Positions 15,785-24,712 of a stretch of DNA of 64,000 bases are shown here, piece by piece. Location: sequence record NC_048045.1, one strand, 5' to 3'. Under the pieces are notes generated by a model. That model was not told the origin of the DNA. It did not search any database and worked only from the letters and a program-made list of their open reading frames with translations. A program made the translations under genes and the position numbers. The stretch's first letter is position 1. Each line of letters starts with the position of its first letter.

Positions 15785-16065
15785 CCTTCGACCGCTTCGA
15801 TCTGGATTTGCAGCGTCGTCCTGGCGATGCTCAGCGGCGGGAGTTGCTCACCGACAAGCTTCATGTCCCCCAGGGCGTAGAGCAGGGTGTCGTAGAACTC
15901 GGCCTCCGAGCCCCCGACGTTGAGCCGCTCCTGGATATGGGTGATCCGGGCCTGGAGGACGCGGGCGCGATCATCGTTGGGCAGGAGCGAGGCCTCGACC
16001 TGGGCGATCGCCTCGACGGTGTCTCGCAGCATGCTGCGGTAGGTGTTCTGACGCGGGGTACTCAT
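15745..16065 (-). CDS. Hypothetical protein (106 aa)
   Basis: Start MSTPRQ overlaps upstream TGA. Confidence 0.65.
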   Translation of the reverse strand: MSTPRQNTYRSMLRDTVEAIAQVEASLLPNDDRARVLQARITHIQERLNVGGSEAEFYDTLLYALGDMKLVGEQLPPLSIARTTLQIQIEAVEGVLTDDEGRGQKS

Positions 16066-16166
16066 GGGATCGCCTTCAGCAGTTGGAGAATGGCCGCCCA
16101 GAGCGCCAGATCGGCGAGCACGGCCAGGAAGAGTTCGTAGTTCAGACGGTAGCCCTTGTGGGTCAT
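16062..16166 (-). CDS. Small hydrophobic peptide (34 aa)
   Basis: MTHKGYRLNYELFLAVLADLALWAAILQLLKAIP; GGGAGG RBS. Confidence 0.55.
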   Translation of the reverse strand: MTHKGYRLNYELFLAVLADLALWAAILQLLKAIP

Positions 16167-16184
16167 CGTTGCCTCCCTGAAACG

Positions 16185-16218
16185 AAAAACGCCGGCGAGA
16201 GGGTCCCGCCGGCGTTTC
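16185..16218 (-). terminator. Intrinsic terminator after the SPFH gene
   Basis: ACGCCGGCG-GGACCCTCT-CGCCGGCGT followed by TTTT. Confidence 0.8.
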
Positions 16219-16253
16219 CTTAGTCCACAGTCGTGCGGCTGGGCCGCGCCGAC

Positions 16254-17084
16254 TTACTTCACGTTGACGAAGGGAACCGCGCCGCCGGTCGTGGTCGGCA
16301 GACGACCGTCCCACTTCTCGATCGCCTTCAGTTCGACGATCTGCGGGCTGGCCGCGATCGACGCCGCCAGCAGACGGTTCGATTCGGCTTGACCACGGGC
16401 TTCTTCGATCGCCGCGTTGGCGCGCGCCTTGGCGACTTCGACCTGGGCCGTGGCGGACACGGTGTCGGCGTCAGCCTTGGTCTTGGCCTGGATCGAGTCG
16501 AGGATCACCTGCGGGTAGCGGATGTTGCCGATCCAGTCGAGTTGGCTGATCGTCACGCCTTCCTTCGCCCACTTGTGCTGGACGCTGGCGAGGGCCTTCT
16601 GGATCACCTGCTGCCGGCCGCCCTTGTACAGGAACTCGACCGACACCAGTTCGGTCTCGCGGGCGATGGCCGAGCGCACGTCGTTGCGGATCGGACCTTC
16701 GAACAGTTGGTCGAACGACAGCCGGTACTTCTTGTAGAGCGCCGGCGCCGCCGCCGAGTCGACGCGCATGACGAGTTGGACGTCGGCGGTCATCGGCAGA
16801 GCGTTGTTGTCCGAGAACGTGACTTCTTCGTTCTCGGCGCCGCGCTCGTCGGAGTCCTTGGTGTAGGTGTAGGTGCGTTGGATCGCCGGGTAGTCGACGA
16901 TCTTCTCGCCGAAGCTGTTGAAGTGCATGCCCGAGGACAGCGGCGCCGGATCGACGCCTTGGCCGCCGACGGTGCGGATTTTCACGCCGACATTGCCGGG
17001 CTCGACCGTATGCCAGCCGCAGGCCGAGAGGGAAGCGCCTAGGCCCATCAGGGCCACGGCGGTCAGAATTGCCTTAATTTTCAA
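16254..17084 (-). CDS. SPFH/Band 7 (prohibitin-like) lipoprotein
   Basis: Signal peptide with lipobox LSAC; TVEPGNVGV; Band 7 core; coiled-coil AQVEVAKARANAAIEEARGQAESN; KWDGRLP. Confidence 0.9.
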   Translation of the reverse strand: MKIKAILTAVALMGLGASLSACGWHTVEPGNVGVKIRTVGGQGVDPAPLSSGMHFNSFGEKIVDYPAIQRTYTYTKDSDERGAENEEVTFSDNNALPMTADVQLVMRVDSAAAPALYKKYRLSFDQLFEGPIRNDVRSAIARETELVSVEFLYKGGRQQVIQKALASVQHKWAKEGVTISQLDWIGNIRYPQVILDSIQAKTKADADTVSATAQVEVAKARANAAIEEARGQAESNRLLAASIAASPQIVELKAIEKWDGRLPTTTGGAVPFVNVK

Positions 17085-17424
17085 CGGATTGCTCCTTAGG
17101 TTGTTTCGGGGACTTGTGGAACGCTTTGGCGATGTCGCCCAGAAGCTTCATCGCGAACAACAGGACGGTCGGCATGCCGAGGACCAGGACGAGAAACGCC
17201 ACGATGGTCGAGCCGACGAAGTGGGCCTCGGTGAGGGTCCAGGCGAAGCCCATGTAGACCAGGACGCCGGCGATGATCACCAGAGTCGGGTAGAGGCTCA
17301 GCCGGTAGAAGAGGCCGGGCAGACGCTTGTCCCGCAGCGCCGCGCTGGGGCCGCCCAGGGCCGAGACCAGGAAGGCGACCATCAGGATCAGGTAGAGCGG
17401 GAAGAGGGGAAGGAAGAGCCTCAC
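17074..17424 (-). CDS. Membrane protein (about 3 TM helices)
   Basis: GTG start overlapping upstream TGA; hydrophobic segments. Confidence 0.65.
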   Translation of the reverse strand: MRLFLPLFPLYLILMVAFLVSALGGPSAALRDKRLPGLFYRLSLYPTLVIIAGVLVYMGFAWTLTEAHFVGSTIVAFLVLVLGMPTVLLFAMKLLGDIAKAFHKSPKQPKEQSVEN

Positions 17425-18122
17425 GGGGTGGGACCTTTCAGAATGGTGTCGATCCGTGCGAGGAGGTCCCCGCAATCGACGCCGCCAACTTTGAAAGCCG
17501 AGGCCACCTCCGCCAGCAGGGCCGTCTTCTTGGCCGTGGCGATGGCAACCTGTTCCTCGATCGCCTCGACGATCGCAGCCACGAGGACCTCCTGGCGCAC
17601 GCGCCAGCAGCCATCGGAGCCGGCATAGAACCACGTCGAGATGATGTTGTCGGCGCGGCCATTGTCGGCGATCTTGCGCGCGGCGTGGTAGGGACCTTCG
17701 TCGCGCCCGATGACGGAGCCGGCGGACAACGCCGCCTCGATGTCCTTGAACCGGCCGGCGACCATCGGGAACCACGACTCGCGGTCCTTGAAGTCGTCGC
17801 GGGCGTTCTGGATGATCTGGAGGATCAGGGTCACGCGCTTGTCGGAGATCGGGCGGTCCTCGACCAGCCGGCGGGCGGCCCACTTGACGCGCTCGATCGG
17901 CATGACCGCGACCGGCGCGCCGGCGTCGACCAGCAGTTTAGCGACCTCGTTCTCGTAGGCCTCGTCCTGACGGACGCGCGCTTCCAGGCGGCGGATCGTC
18001 TCCAGGTCAGTCTTCTTCTCCTGGGCGTAGGCGTCCAGGGCCTCGTGGGCTTCCTTCAGCCGAAGCTCCAAGGCCGCAATCTGCTCGGCGTCCGCGAAGG
18101 AGGCGATCATATGCTCCGCCAT
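17421..18122 (-). CDS. Hypothetical protein with N-terminal coiled coil
   Basis: ORF in string. Confidence 0.75.
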   Translation of the reverse strand: MAEHMIASFADAEQIAALELRLKEAHEALDAYAQEKKTDLETIRRLEARVRQDEAYENEVAKLLVDAGAPVAVMPIERVKWAARRLVEDRPISDKRVTLILQIIQNARDDFKDRESWFPMVAGRFKDIEAALSAGSVIGRDEGPYHAARKIADNGRADNIISTWFYAGSDGCWRVRQEVLVAAIVEAIEEQVAIATAKKTALLAEVASAFKVGGVDCGDLLARIDTILKGPTP

Positions 18123-18406
18123 CAGGAAGCGAGCCCGCGCTGCTTCAAGGCGACGATCTGCTCGATCTCCTTGAGGATGTGCTCAGACAGGCGGTCGGTG
18201 CGCTCCTTGATGCCGGCGGGGACGCCGATCTTGCATTGGCCGATCTCGTGCAGGCGATCGGAGACCGCCTTCAGATCGATCAGGGTGTCGCGGATCAGCA
18301 CGTCGGCGAGGCTCAGGGCCTCGGACTGGAGCGCGGCGATGCGCTGGGCGGTGGTGATCTCGTCGCCCGTCGTCACAACGGCGAGCTTGGTCTGGGCAGC
18401 GGTCAA
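18122..18406 (-). CDS. Hypothetical coiled-coil protein
   Basis: TTG start after AGGAG RBS of a promoter leader. Confidence 0.7.
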   Translation of the reverse strand: MTAAQTKLAVVTTGDEITTAQRIAALQSEALSLADVLIRDTLIDLKAVSDRLHEIGQCKIGVPAGIKERTDRLSEHILKEIEQIVALKQRGLAS

Positions 18407-18413
18407 ATCGGGT

Positions 18414-18468
18414 CTCCTTGTTGTCGTCGGGCGTGACTTCTAGCCGGCGTCCGTGGGGCTGTCAACAC
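18414..18468 (-). promoter_or_regulatory. Phage promoter family member
   Basis: TGTTGACA-N17-TAGAAG-N8-GACGACAAC-AGGAG. Confidence 0.8.
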
Positions 18469-18997
18469 TTTCGCTCACGGGCACGGCACCATAGTGCGCG
18501 ACCAGCACGAGCCGCGCGCCGCAGGCCACGAGCGAGCCCTGGGCGTTGTAGATGAGCCGCCCGGCTTCCTGGCCGTTGGCGTCGAGGATCGCGGCGGCAT
18601 GCGCGTAGGTCGGCTTGCCGCCCTTGCCCTTCTGGATGCGGATCGGCGGAGCGTTGGTCTGGTGCTTGGTGTTGCGGTCGATGACCTGCCGGTTGACGTT
18701 GAGCACGATCATGCCGCGCTCGATCTTCGGCAGCGGCGCGGGCTCCTCGGGTGGAAGCGGCATCCAGCCAATGACGTCGTCAATGGTGTAGGCGTCGCGC
18801 CCAGCCATTTTCCAGCAGATGTAAGGATCGTCGTCCTCGTCGATCTGCCAGTCGACCAGTTGTGCCGTGTACATGCGTCCGTGCTGGGTCTTCACCAGCA
18901 CCCAGTCGGAGGCCTTGGCTCCCCAGGGGTCCTCTTGCTTGATCTCGGGCGGATCAGCATGCGGGTGACGCCACAGGGGCCAGGACGGATTGTTCAT
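18440..18997 (-). CDS. Two-domain hypothetical protein (DUF551-like N-terminus)
   Basis: DVIGWMPLP ends domain 1; VLNVNRQVIDRN..PPIRIQKG..LVACGARL forms domain 2; start MNNPSW. Confidence 0.7.
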   Translation of the reverse strand: MNNPSWPLWRHPHADPPEIKQEDPWGAKASDWVLVKTQHGRMYTAQLVDWQIDEDDDPYICWKMAGRDAYTIDDVIGWMPLPPEEPAPLPKIERGMIVLNVNRQVIDRNTKHQTNAPPIRIQKGKGGKPTYAHAAAILDANGQEAGRLIYNAQGSLVACGARLVLVAHYGAVPVSESVDSPTDAG

Positions 18998-19005
18998 GAG
19001 ACCTC

Positions 19006-19905
19006 CTACCAGCCAAACTTGGTGGCGCAGACCGGGCCGATGCCGGCATCGATCGAAGCGTGATTGGTCAGTTCCCGGCCGCAACAGGCGCAGGAGCCGG
19101 TGCGCTGACCGTAAGCGATGGCGGCGGCGTGGGGATCGGCCGCCAGGGCGAGGATTTCGGCTTCCTGCTCGGTGGTGCAGTCGCGCACCTTGAGGAACTT
19201 GCCGTTCATTACCTTGCCCATGTACACGCCCTCCACGGTGCGCACGTAGATGGCGCCGGCGTTGGTGCTGTCCATGGCGGCGGGCTTGAACTTGTAGCCG
19301 GCCAGTCGCAGGGTGATGTTCTTCAGGCCCGAACCCTTGGCGTGGAAGAAGGCTTCTTCCAGCTTGGCGAGCGAGATCACCGGCGCGGCGGCTTCGCGGG
19401 CGACCCGCTCGGCTTCGCGCTGGATCGCGCGCTTCTTGTCCTCGGCCGCGAGCCGTTCGACGGTCGCCAGTTGCTTCTCGGTCAGGTGACCGAACCGTTC
19501 CACGGCCTGAAGCATCTGATTGGCGAAGTCGAAACGCGGCGCGCGCTCGACCATCCAGGCCGTCGCCTCGGGGTGCGCCAGCTTCCAGGCGGCGCGTTGC
19601 TGCTGGAGATCGAACTGGACCTGGGCCTTTTTCTTGTCGGCGTTGGCGCGGCGGCGGGCGCGTTCCTCGGGCGAGGTCTTGCGCACGAACTTGCCCTTGC
19701 CCTTACAGACGAAGCACTGGCGGCCGTACTGCGACATGCCGCGATAGGTGCCCGTGCCCCGGCATTTGGGGCAAAGCTCGATCCACTCGGCCGGCGGCGG
19801 GGTCTCGTCGACGAAATCGACGCCCGCCTCCATGGGCTCACCCGGTTGGGTTTCCCGGACCACCGGCTCGGTGATCAGTTCATCCATGTCAGCGAAAAGG
19901 TCCAC
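19006..19905 (-). CDS. Zinc-binding protein with DnaJ-type CxxCxGxG pair and C-terminal DUF6011-like motif
   Basis: CPKCRGTG..CFVCKGKG; CACCGRELTNHASIDAGIGPVCA. Confidence 0.8.
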   Translation of the reverse strand: MDLFADMDELITEPVVRETQPGEPMEAGVDFVDETPPPAEWIELCPKCRGTGTYRGMSQYGRQCFVCKGKGKFVRKTSPEERARRRANADKKKAQVQFDLQQQRAAWKLAHPEATAWMVERAPRFDFANQMLQAVERFGHLTEKQLATVERLAAEDKKRAIQREAERVAREAAAPVISLAKLEEAFFHAKGSGLKNITLRLAGYKFKPAAMDSTNAGAIYVRTVEGVYMGKVMNGKFLKVRDCTTEQEAEILALAADPHAAAIAYGQRTGSCACCGRELTNHASIDAGIGPVCATKFGW

Positions 19906-19909
19906 GGCG

Positions 19910-19980
19910 GGTCTCCATCAGCAGGTGATGGAGCCCTTCTAGGCCTCTCGACCTAGCGTGTCAACACTCTCGCGCCAACA
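19910..19980 (-). promoter_or_regulatory. Phage promoter family member lacking GACGACAAC, with RBS hairpin
   Basis: TGGCG-N6-TGTTGACA-N17-TAGAAG; CTCCATC/GATGGAG stem. Confidence 0.75.
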
Positions 19981-19989
19981 AAATGTCGG

Positions 19990-20313
19990 CTAATAGGTTT
20001 CGAGTTTCGGAGCCTCTTCCAGGACCAGGGTGTACATGTCGCGGGGATCACCGCACGGGATGATGTCCACGATCACGCAGGTCCGGATGCGCTCGCTTTG
20101 GGTCAGGTAGATGACGAAGTCACCCAGGCGCGGTCCTTGGCAGTGGACCATCACGCTGATGCGCTCGATCTTCAGCGGCTTCCTGAACCAGCCGCGCTTG
20201 ACCAAGCGCGGCTGCTCGATCTTGAACGTGCTGGAGTGCATGGCGTGACCCCAGCCTTGCTTGCCGGGGCGGAAGTCGAAGGTCCGAGGACCGTTGTTAA
20301 GACGCAGGAGCAT
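19990..20313 (-). CDS. Hypothetical protein
   Basis: ORF in string. Confidence 0.65.
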   Translation of the reverse strand: MLLRLNNGPRTFDFRPGKQGWGHAMHSSTFKIEQPRLVKRGWFRKPLKIERISVMVHCQGPRLGDFVIYLTQSERIRTCVIVDIIPCGDPRDMYTLVLEEAPKLETY

Positions 20314-20527
20314 GGCGATCCTTTTCGGCTAGGACGCGGCGCTCCAGACGGCCGTGTCCGATAAAGGTGATGATGTCCTTGCCCCGGACGCGTTTGGGCA
20401 TGTAGCCGCCAAAGCGCCGCTGGAGCGGGATGCGCCGGTACTTGGGATCGAACAGCCCGACCCAGCGGCGCGCCCTGGGGTTCTCGCGCGGCAGGATCAC
20501 CGACAGGACATAGGGTGAGAAGTTCAT
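20297..20527 (-). CDS. Hypothetical basic protein (76 aa)
   Basis: Start MNFSPY overlaps upstream stop. Confidence 0.6.
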   Translation of the reverse strand: MNFSPYVLSVILPRENPRARRWVGLFDPKYRRIPLQRRFGGYMPKRVRGKDIITFIGHGRLERRVLAEKDRHAPAS

Positions 20528-20766
20528 GTCGTGAACGTCGAGAGGACGTAGGTCGCCTCGGCCCGGCCGTAGTCGTCGGGGCCGATCAGCGCCAGTTGCG
20601 ACGGCTGGTCGAGATCGACATCGCGCCAGACCACCTTGCCCTTGCGGCCGGTGATCGACGGGTCGTGCGGCAGGTCGGCGATCAGCCGCAGGGCGCCGGT
20701 GGCAATCTGGTGGGCCTCGTAGGAGCCCGGCTCGATATGGTCGGCGAGGGTGAGCTTGACGAGCAT
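20524..20766 (-). CDS. Hypothetical protein
   Basis: AAAGGAG RBS. Confidence 0.7.
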   Translation of the reverse strand: MLVKLTLADHIEPGSYEAHQIATGALRLIADLPHDPSITGRKGKVVWRDVDLDQPSQLALIGPDDYGRAEATYVLSTFTT

Positions 20767-20798
20767 CTGGGCTCCTTTCTATCCGTGAAGAGAGGTCT

Positions 20799-21290
20799 TC
20801 AGGTGGGCGCGGCCCTGGTGATACATCCGCACCGCTTGCTTCTCGGTCTTGCAGGGACCAAACCAGAGCAGGTCCCCGGCCGCCGGGCGGCGAACCCGTA
20901 TTGGCGCATGGGCTCTTCAACGTAGTCGACCCCGGCCAAAATGCTGATCACCTCGTAGGGGCTTTCGCCCGCTTCGATCTGCGCGTCGTCCACGCCGACG
21001 TAAAACGAGACATCCTTGCCGAACATCCCGCCGGTGACCCTGGCGTGCCGCCAGGACGACCAGAACCATCCGCGTCGTAGTTCCAAGCCGCCACGCCGTC
21101 CCAGGAACGCTTCCATCGGCTCACCGTCGGGCCAGGACCCGAGCACCGACGCCTGGAAGACCGAGTCAGCAGGAGACTCCGCCTTGACGAGACCGGTGGC
21201 GATCCGCTTGGCGTCGTCCTCGTCGACCGCCGTGACCTCGACCTCGGTGACGAGGGCCTGGGTGACCTTGATCAGGAAGGTTTCAGTCAC
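20799..21290 (-). CDS. Hypothetical protein; C-terminus possibly frameshifted (alternative end 20779)
   Basis: Codon bias drops after a G4 run at 20874-20877. Confidence 0.65.
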   Translation of the reverse strand: MTETFLIKVTQALVTEVEVTAVDEDDAKRIATGLVKAESPADSVFQASVLGSWPDGEPMEAFLGRRGGLELRRGWFWSSWRHARVTGGMFGKDVSFYVGVDDAQIEAGESPYEVISILAGVDYVEEPMRQYGFAARRPGTCSGLVPARPRSKRCGCITRAAPT

Positions 21291-21969
21291 GCAGGTGCGC
21301 CAATTGAAAGGCCGTGGCGCCGACCGCCGCCGCCAGTTCCGACTTGATCTGGTCGACGTCGGCCTTCAACTCCTTGAAGTAGGGCGTGTCGGCGAGCAGG
21401 TCCTGCATCTTCCACAGGCCCATATAGGCGCGCAGCACGTAGCCGGTCGGGTCATCCTCGACCAGCGGCACGACCTCGGTGGTCTTGACCTCGAACGTGC
21501 CCATCGGCCCGACCAGGAACACCACGTCGTGGGGCTCGATGATCCGCACGCCGCCCGAGGCGAGGTTCTTGACCACGCGCTCGCGGTGCTCGCAGTGGCT
21601 GACCAGGGCGATAGACGCGCTTTCGGCATGCGGCGGATTGTTGGTCACCACCACCACGCGGTCGCCCGGCTGGAGCGCCCAGCGGACCTCGGGATCGTTC
21701 AGGTGGTCATCAACCATCTTGCGGATCGTCGCCAGCGAGCGATGACCATAGCAGTCGCCGTTGACGACGTACTGGATGATCTTCCACTCCTTGTCGGTCG
21801 GCGAGGGGATTTCCTTGCCATCGCCGTCGCGGCCGTGGAAGTAGGCCACCGACTCCAGGCGCTGGATGGCCTCAATGTCGTTGTCGGTGTCGGTCTCGAT
21901 CGTGTCGAGCAGGTTGATCATCCGCACGAGACTGTAGGTGATCGGACGGGTGTAGGGGCGCTTGATCAC
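21283..21969 (-). CDS. Hypothetical protein
   Basis: ORF in string. Confidence 0.75.
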   Translation of the reverse strand: MIKRPYTRPITYSLVRMINLLDTIETDTDNDIEAIQRLESVAYFHGRDGDGKEIPSPTDKEWKIIQYVVNGDCYGHRSLATIRKMVDDHLNDPEVRWALQPGDRVVVVTNNPPHAESASIALVSHCEHRERVVKNLASGGVRIIEPHDVVFLVGPMGTFEVKTTEVVPLVEDDPTGYVLRAYMGLWKMQDLLADTPYFKELKADVDQIKSELAAAVGATAFQLAHLRD

Positions 21970-22862
21970 AGGTGCTTCTCCAGGCCCAGGTCGTCGATCA
22001 CCGCCTGGGCGATGGCTTCGAGGTTGAAGTGGCCGTCGAGGATCGCATCACGCATGTCGTCGGCGTCGACCCAGTTGGAGGCGCCCTGATAGGCGGTGTT
22101 CTCGGCGGCCTCGATCGCGCGCTTGAGCGCGTCGGCCAGGATCACCGCCGGGGTGCGCTTGACCTTGGCCTTCTTGACCTTCCAGTGGAGGTCCTGGATG
22201 CGCACGACGCGGCGGGCGCCGTCGTCGATGTCCTTGAACGCGCCGGCCTCGACCAGCCGCTCGACGGTGGCGTCGCTGAAATGCGGATTGGCGTCGTCGA
22301 CCGGGAAGGTCGTCCAGCAGTCGGTGCCCAGTTGAGTCAGGGTGCCCGACGGCGTGGCGCGCGCGGCGTGGATGGCGTGGTATTCGTCGGCGAGCATGAA
22401 CTGCTCGTAGCCGGGGCCGCTCTCCTCGCCCTTGTCGTCGATGACGCGGACGTAGCAGTTCTCGCCGTTCCACGAGTCGGAGACGTAGCACTCGACCAGG
22501 ATATAGGTCTTGCCGACGGTGAAGCGTTCGCTGCTGCCCACGTAGACCGCCTTGGCGTTCTGAGGGAAGGGCCAGCGATAGTGCTCATGGTCCGGATCGA
22601 ACTTCGCCAAGACGGCGAGGATCGAGTCCAGGCTGACATCCTCAGGCGAGAAGCGCTTGTACTTGCCGGTCTCGTCGCGGCCATGGAAGAGGTCCTGACA
22701 CTCGCGCACGATGTCGTACTCGTCGGGCCAGATCGCGCCGCCGCGATACTCGGACAGCACCTTGTCGAACTCGGCGACCGAAGCGGTGTCGTGCGCCAGA
22801 CGGAGTAGGGTCTGGAGAATCTCGGCCGGCTGGCGGGCATAGGCGTGGGGTTGGCGGACCAT
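21966..22862 (-). CDS. Hypothetical protein
   Basis: ORF in string with strong codon bias. Confidence 0.8.
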   Translation of the reverse strand: MVRQPHAYARQPAEILQTLLRLAHDTASVAEFDKVLSEYRGGAIWPDEYDIVRECQDLFHGRDETGKYKRFSPEDVSLDSILAVLAKFDPDHEHYRWPFPQNAKAVYVGSSERFTVGKTYILVECYVSDSWNGENCYVRVIDDKGEESGPGYEQFMLADEYHAIHAARATPSGTLTQLGTDCWTTFPVDDANPHFSDATVERLVEAGAFKDIDDGARRVVRIQDLHWKVKKAKVKRTPAVILADALKRAIEAAENTAYQGASNWVDADDMRDAILDGHFNLEAIAQAVIDDLGLEKHL

Positions 22863-23227
22863 CAGGCCGACACCTTGCCCAGTTGCTTTTCCAGTTCGGC
22901 GCGCAGTTCGGCGTCGGTCAGGCCCAGGCGTTCCTTCATGAACGTCAGGGCGTCGGCCGCGTTATCGAAGGAGCGGGTCTCCCGATCGGTACTGTCGCGC
23001 AGGCCCCGGATTTCGGTCACGCCCCAGAAGGTCGCCCAGAGGGCCACGACCAGGGCCGCCAGCGCCGCGAAGAACGAGCCACCGAACTGGTGCGCATCGA
23101 CGCGCTCGACGAGATCGGCTGCGGCCCAGGTCGCGGCGAGCACCGCCACGGTGCCCAGATGCAGCAGGGCGGTCTTGCGGGTGTAGGTCGGGGTCACCGC
23201 CAGGGTGAACTTGTCGCTGGTCTCCAA
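22862..23227 (-). CDS. Membrane protein (2 TM)
   Basis: TTG start after promoter leader; hydrophobic segments. Confidence 0.7.
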   Translation of the reverse strand: METSDKFTLAVTPTYTRKTALLHLGTVAVLAATWAAADLVERVDAHQFGGSFFAALAALVVALWATFWGVTEIRGLRDSTDRETRSFDNAADALTFMKERLGLTDAELRAELEKQLGKVSA

Positions 23228-23235
23228 GAGAGGTC

Positions 23236-23303
23236 TCCTCTGTCGTTGTCGTCGAGGTGCTTATAGGCGGTGGTCAACCGGCTGTCAACACTCTCACGCC
23301 AGC
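23236..23303 (-). promoter_or_regulatory. Phage promoter family member
   Basis: TGGCG-N6-TGTTGACA-N17-TATAAG-N6-GACGACAAC-GAGGAG. Confidence 0.85.
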
Positions 23304-24712
23304 TTTACGCCGACCGTGCCCGCGACCTTGGCTAGGGCCTCGCGCTGCGCCTTGATGCGCTTGTCGAAGGCGTCGAGCGAGGCCATCATGTCGCTCTCCA
23401 GCTTGTCCAGCGCCGCCCATTGCTCGACGACCGCCTTGGCGGCCTTGTCCTGGGCTTCGTTGCGCTCGGGACCATAGACCCGCTCACGCAGTTCAGCGAC
23501 CCAGGCGCGGGGCAAGCCCAGTTCCTTGGAGACCTTCTCGTCGGTCATGTCGCCGCCATAGCACTGGCGGTTGGTGTCGTAGTGGATATCCAGAGCTTCG
23601 AGGATGCGGCGGTTTTCGGCTGGCGTCGCCGCGCGCGGCGGCTCGGCGGTCTGGACCGGGGGCGAGGTCTTGGTGGCGGTTGCGGGCATGGCGATCTCCG
23701 GAATAGGGGTTTCGATATGGGCTTCGATGGTGGTCGGATTGTTCTTCTTGGCCAGCCGCGTCTTGGCGGCGGCCTTTTGGCGCTCGGAGCGCTCTTCCTT
23801 GGTCATGGCGGCCCAGTAGGCGCGCGGACCCGCACCGCGCTTCTCGCGCTGCTCAGCGATCTTGGCCTGCTTCTTGGCCTTGCGGGTGGCGTGGCCCTTC
23901 TTGGCGAGTTCCGACTTCTGCTCGGGCGTCAGCGACTCGTGATGGGCGCGCAGATGGGCGCCGTCGAAAAGCTTGCGCAGGTCGACCTTGCCGTCGGCTT
24001 CCTGTTCCTTGCGCACGATGGCGTTGGCCTCCTCGATAATGGCGTTGAGGAACTTGTCGGACACGTAGTGCTCGATCTCCTCGGCCAGCACGTCGGGCTC
24101 GGTCTTCAACTGCTTGAGCATCCGGCGCACGGACTCCAGGAGGGGAGCCGGCGGGGCGTCGACACCGCACTCGCGGAAGAACTTGCCCGCGTACACCGTC
24201 AGGATGCCCTTGATCCGGTTCTCGCGGGGATAGCCCCCGGTGGTTTTGCGGATGGCGCCGCGCACGATCTTGTCGGCCGTGTCGGGATCGATCTCCGCCA
24301 CATTGGCCAGCATCTTGCCCACGGCCTCATCTTCGAGGACGAAATCGCCAGCCTTGCCCGGCTCGACGAGTTCCAGAGGCTTGATCGCGTTGGCCACCAT
24401 CTGGATCGCCGTGTCGATGGCGATGTCGTCGCGTTCGGCGGCGGGGGCGGAGTGTACCTTGGCGTTGCCGTGGCAGGAGGGGCAGACGTCCTTGTTGCGA
24501 TTGGCACCGATCGCCCAGCCGCGCTTGCGGAATATCTTGGAGGCCAGTTCCGCCGGGATGTGCGGGCTGCGCGTCGTCACCGGGACGGCGTCATCGCGCT
24601 CGCATTTGCGGCAGACGGCCACGACATGGTTCTGGCGTTTGTTGGGGTCGGACACCAAGGGTCGCATCTCGACCCGGAACGACTCCCGCGTGGCGAGTTT
24701 GGTCGTGCTCAT
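23294..24712 (-). CDS. Multidomain hypothetical protein (Cys motifs, basic repeats, HTH-like C-terminus)
   Basis: CRKC..CPSCH; LTPEQKSELAKKG and MTKEERSERQK repeats; KVSKELGLPRAWVAELRE. Confidence 0.8.
   Translation of the reverse strand: MSTTKLATRESFRVEMRPLVSDPNKRQNHVVAVCRKCERDDAVPVTTRSPHIPAELASKIFRKRGWAIGANRNKDVCPSCHGNAKVHSAPAAERDDIAIDTAIQMVANAIKPLELVEPGKAGDFVLEDEAVGKMLANVAEIDPDTADKIVRGAIRKTTGGYPRENRIKGILTVYAGKFFRECGVDAPPAPLLESVRRMLKQLKTEPDVLAEEIEHYVSDKFLNAIIEEANAIVRKEQEADGKVDLRKLFDGAHLRAHHESLTPEQKSELAKKGHATRKAKKQAKIAEQREKRGAGPRAYWAAMTKEERSERQKAAAKTRLAKKNNPTTIEAHIETPIPEIAMPATATKTSPPVQTAEPPRAATPAENRRILEALDIHYDTNRQCYGGDMTDEKVSKELGLPRAWVAELRERVYGPERNEAQDKAAKAVVEQWAALDKLESDMMASLDAFDKRIKAQREALAKVAGTVGVKLA

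Noticed and set aside
15754-16140. 128-aa plus-strand ORF within the leftward arm
   Set aside because: Opposes the gene string and overlaps two better minus-strand ORFs with RBS and coupling.
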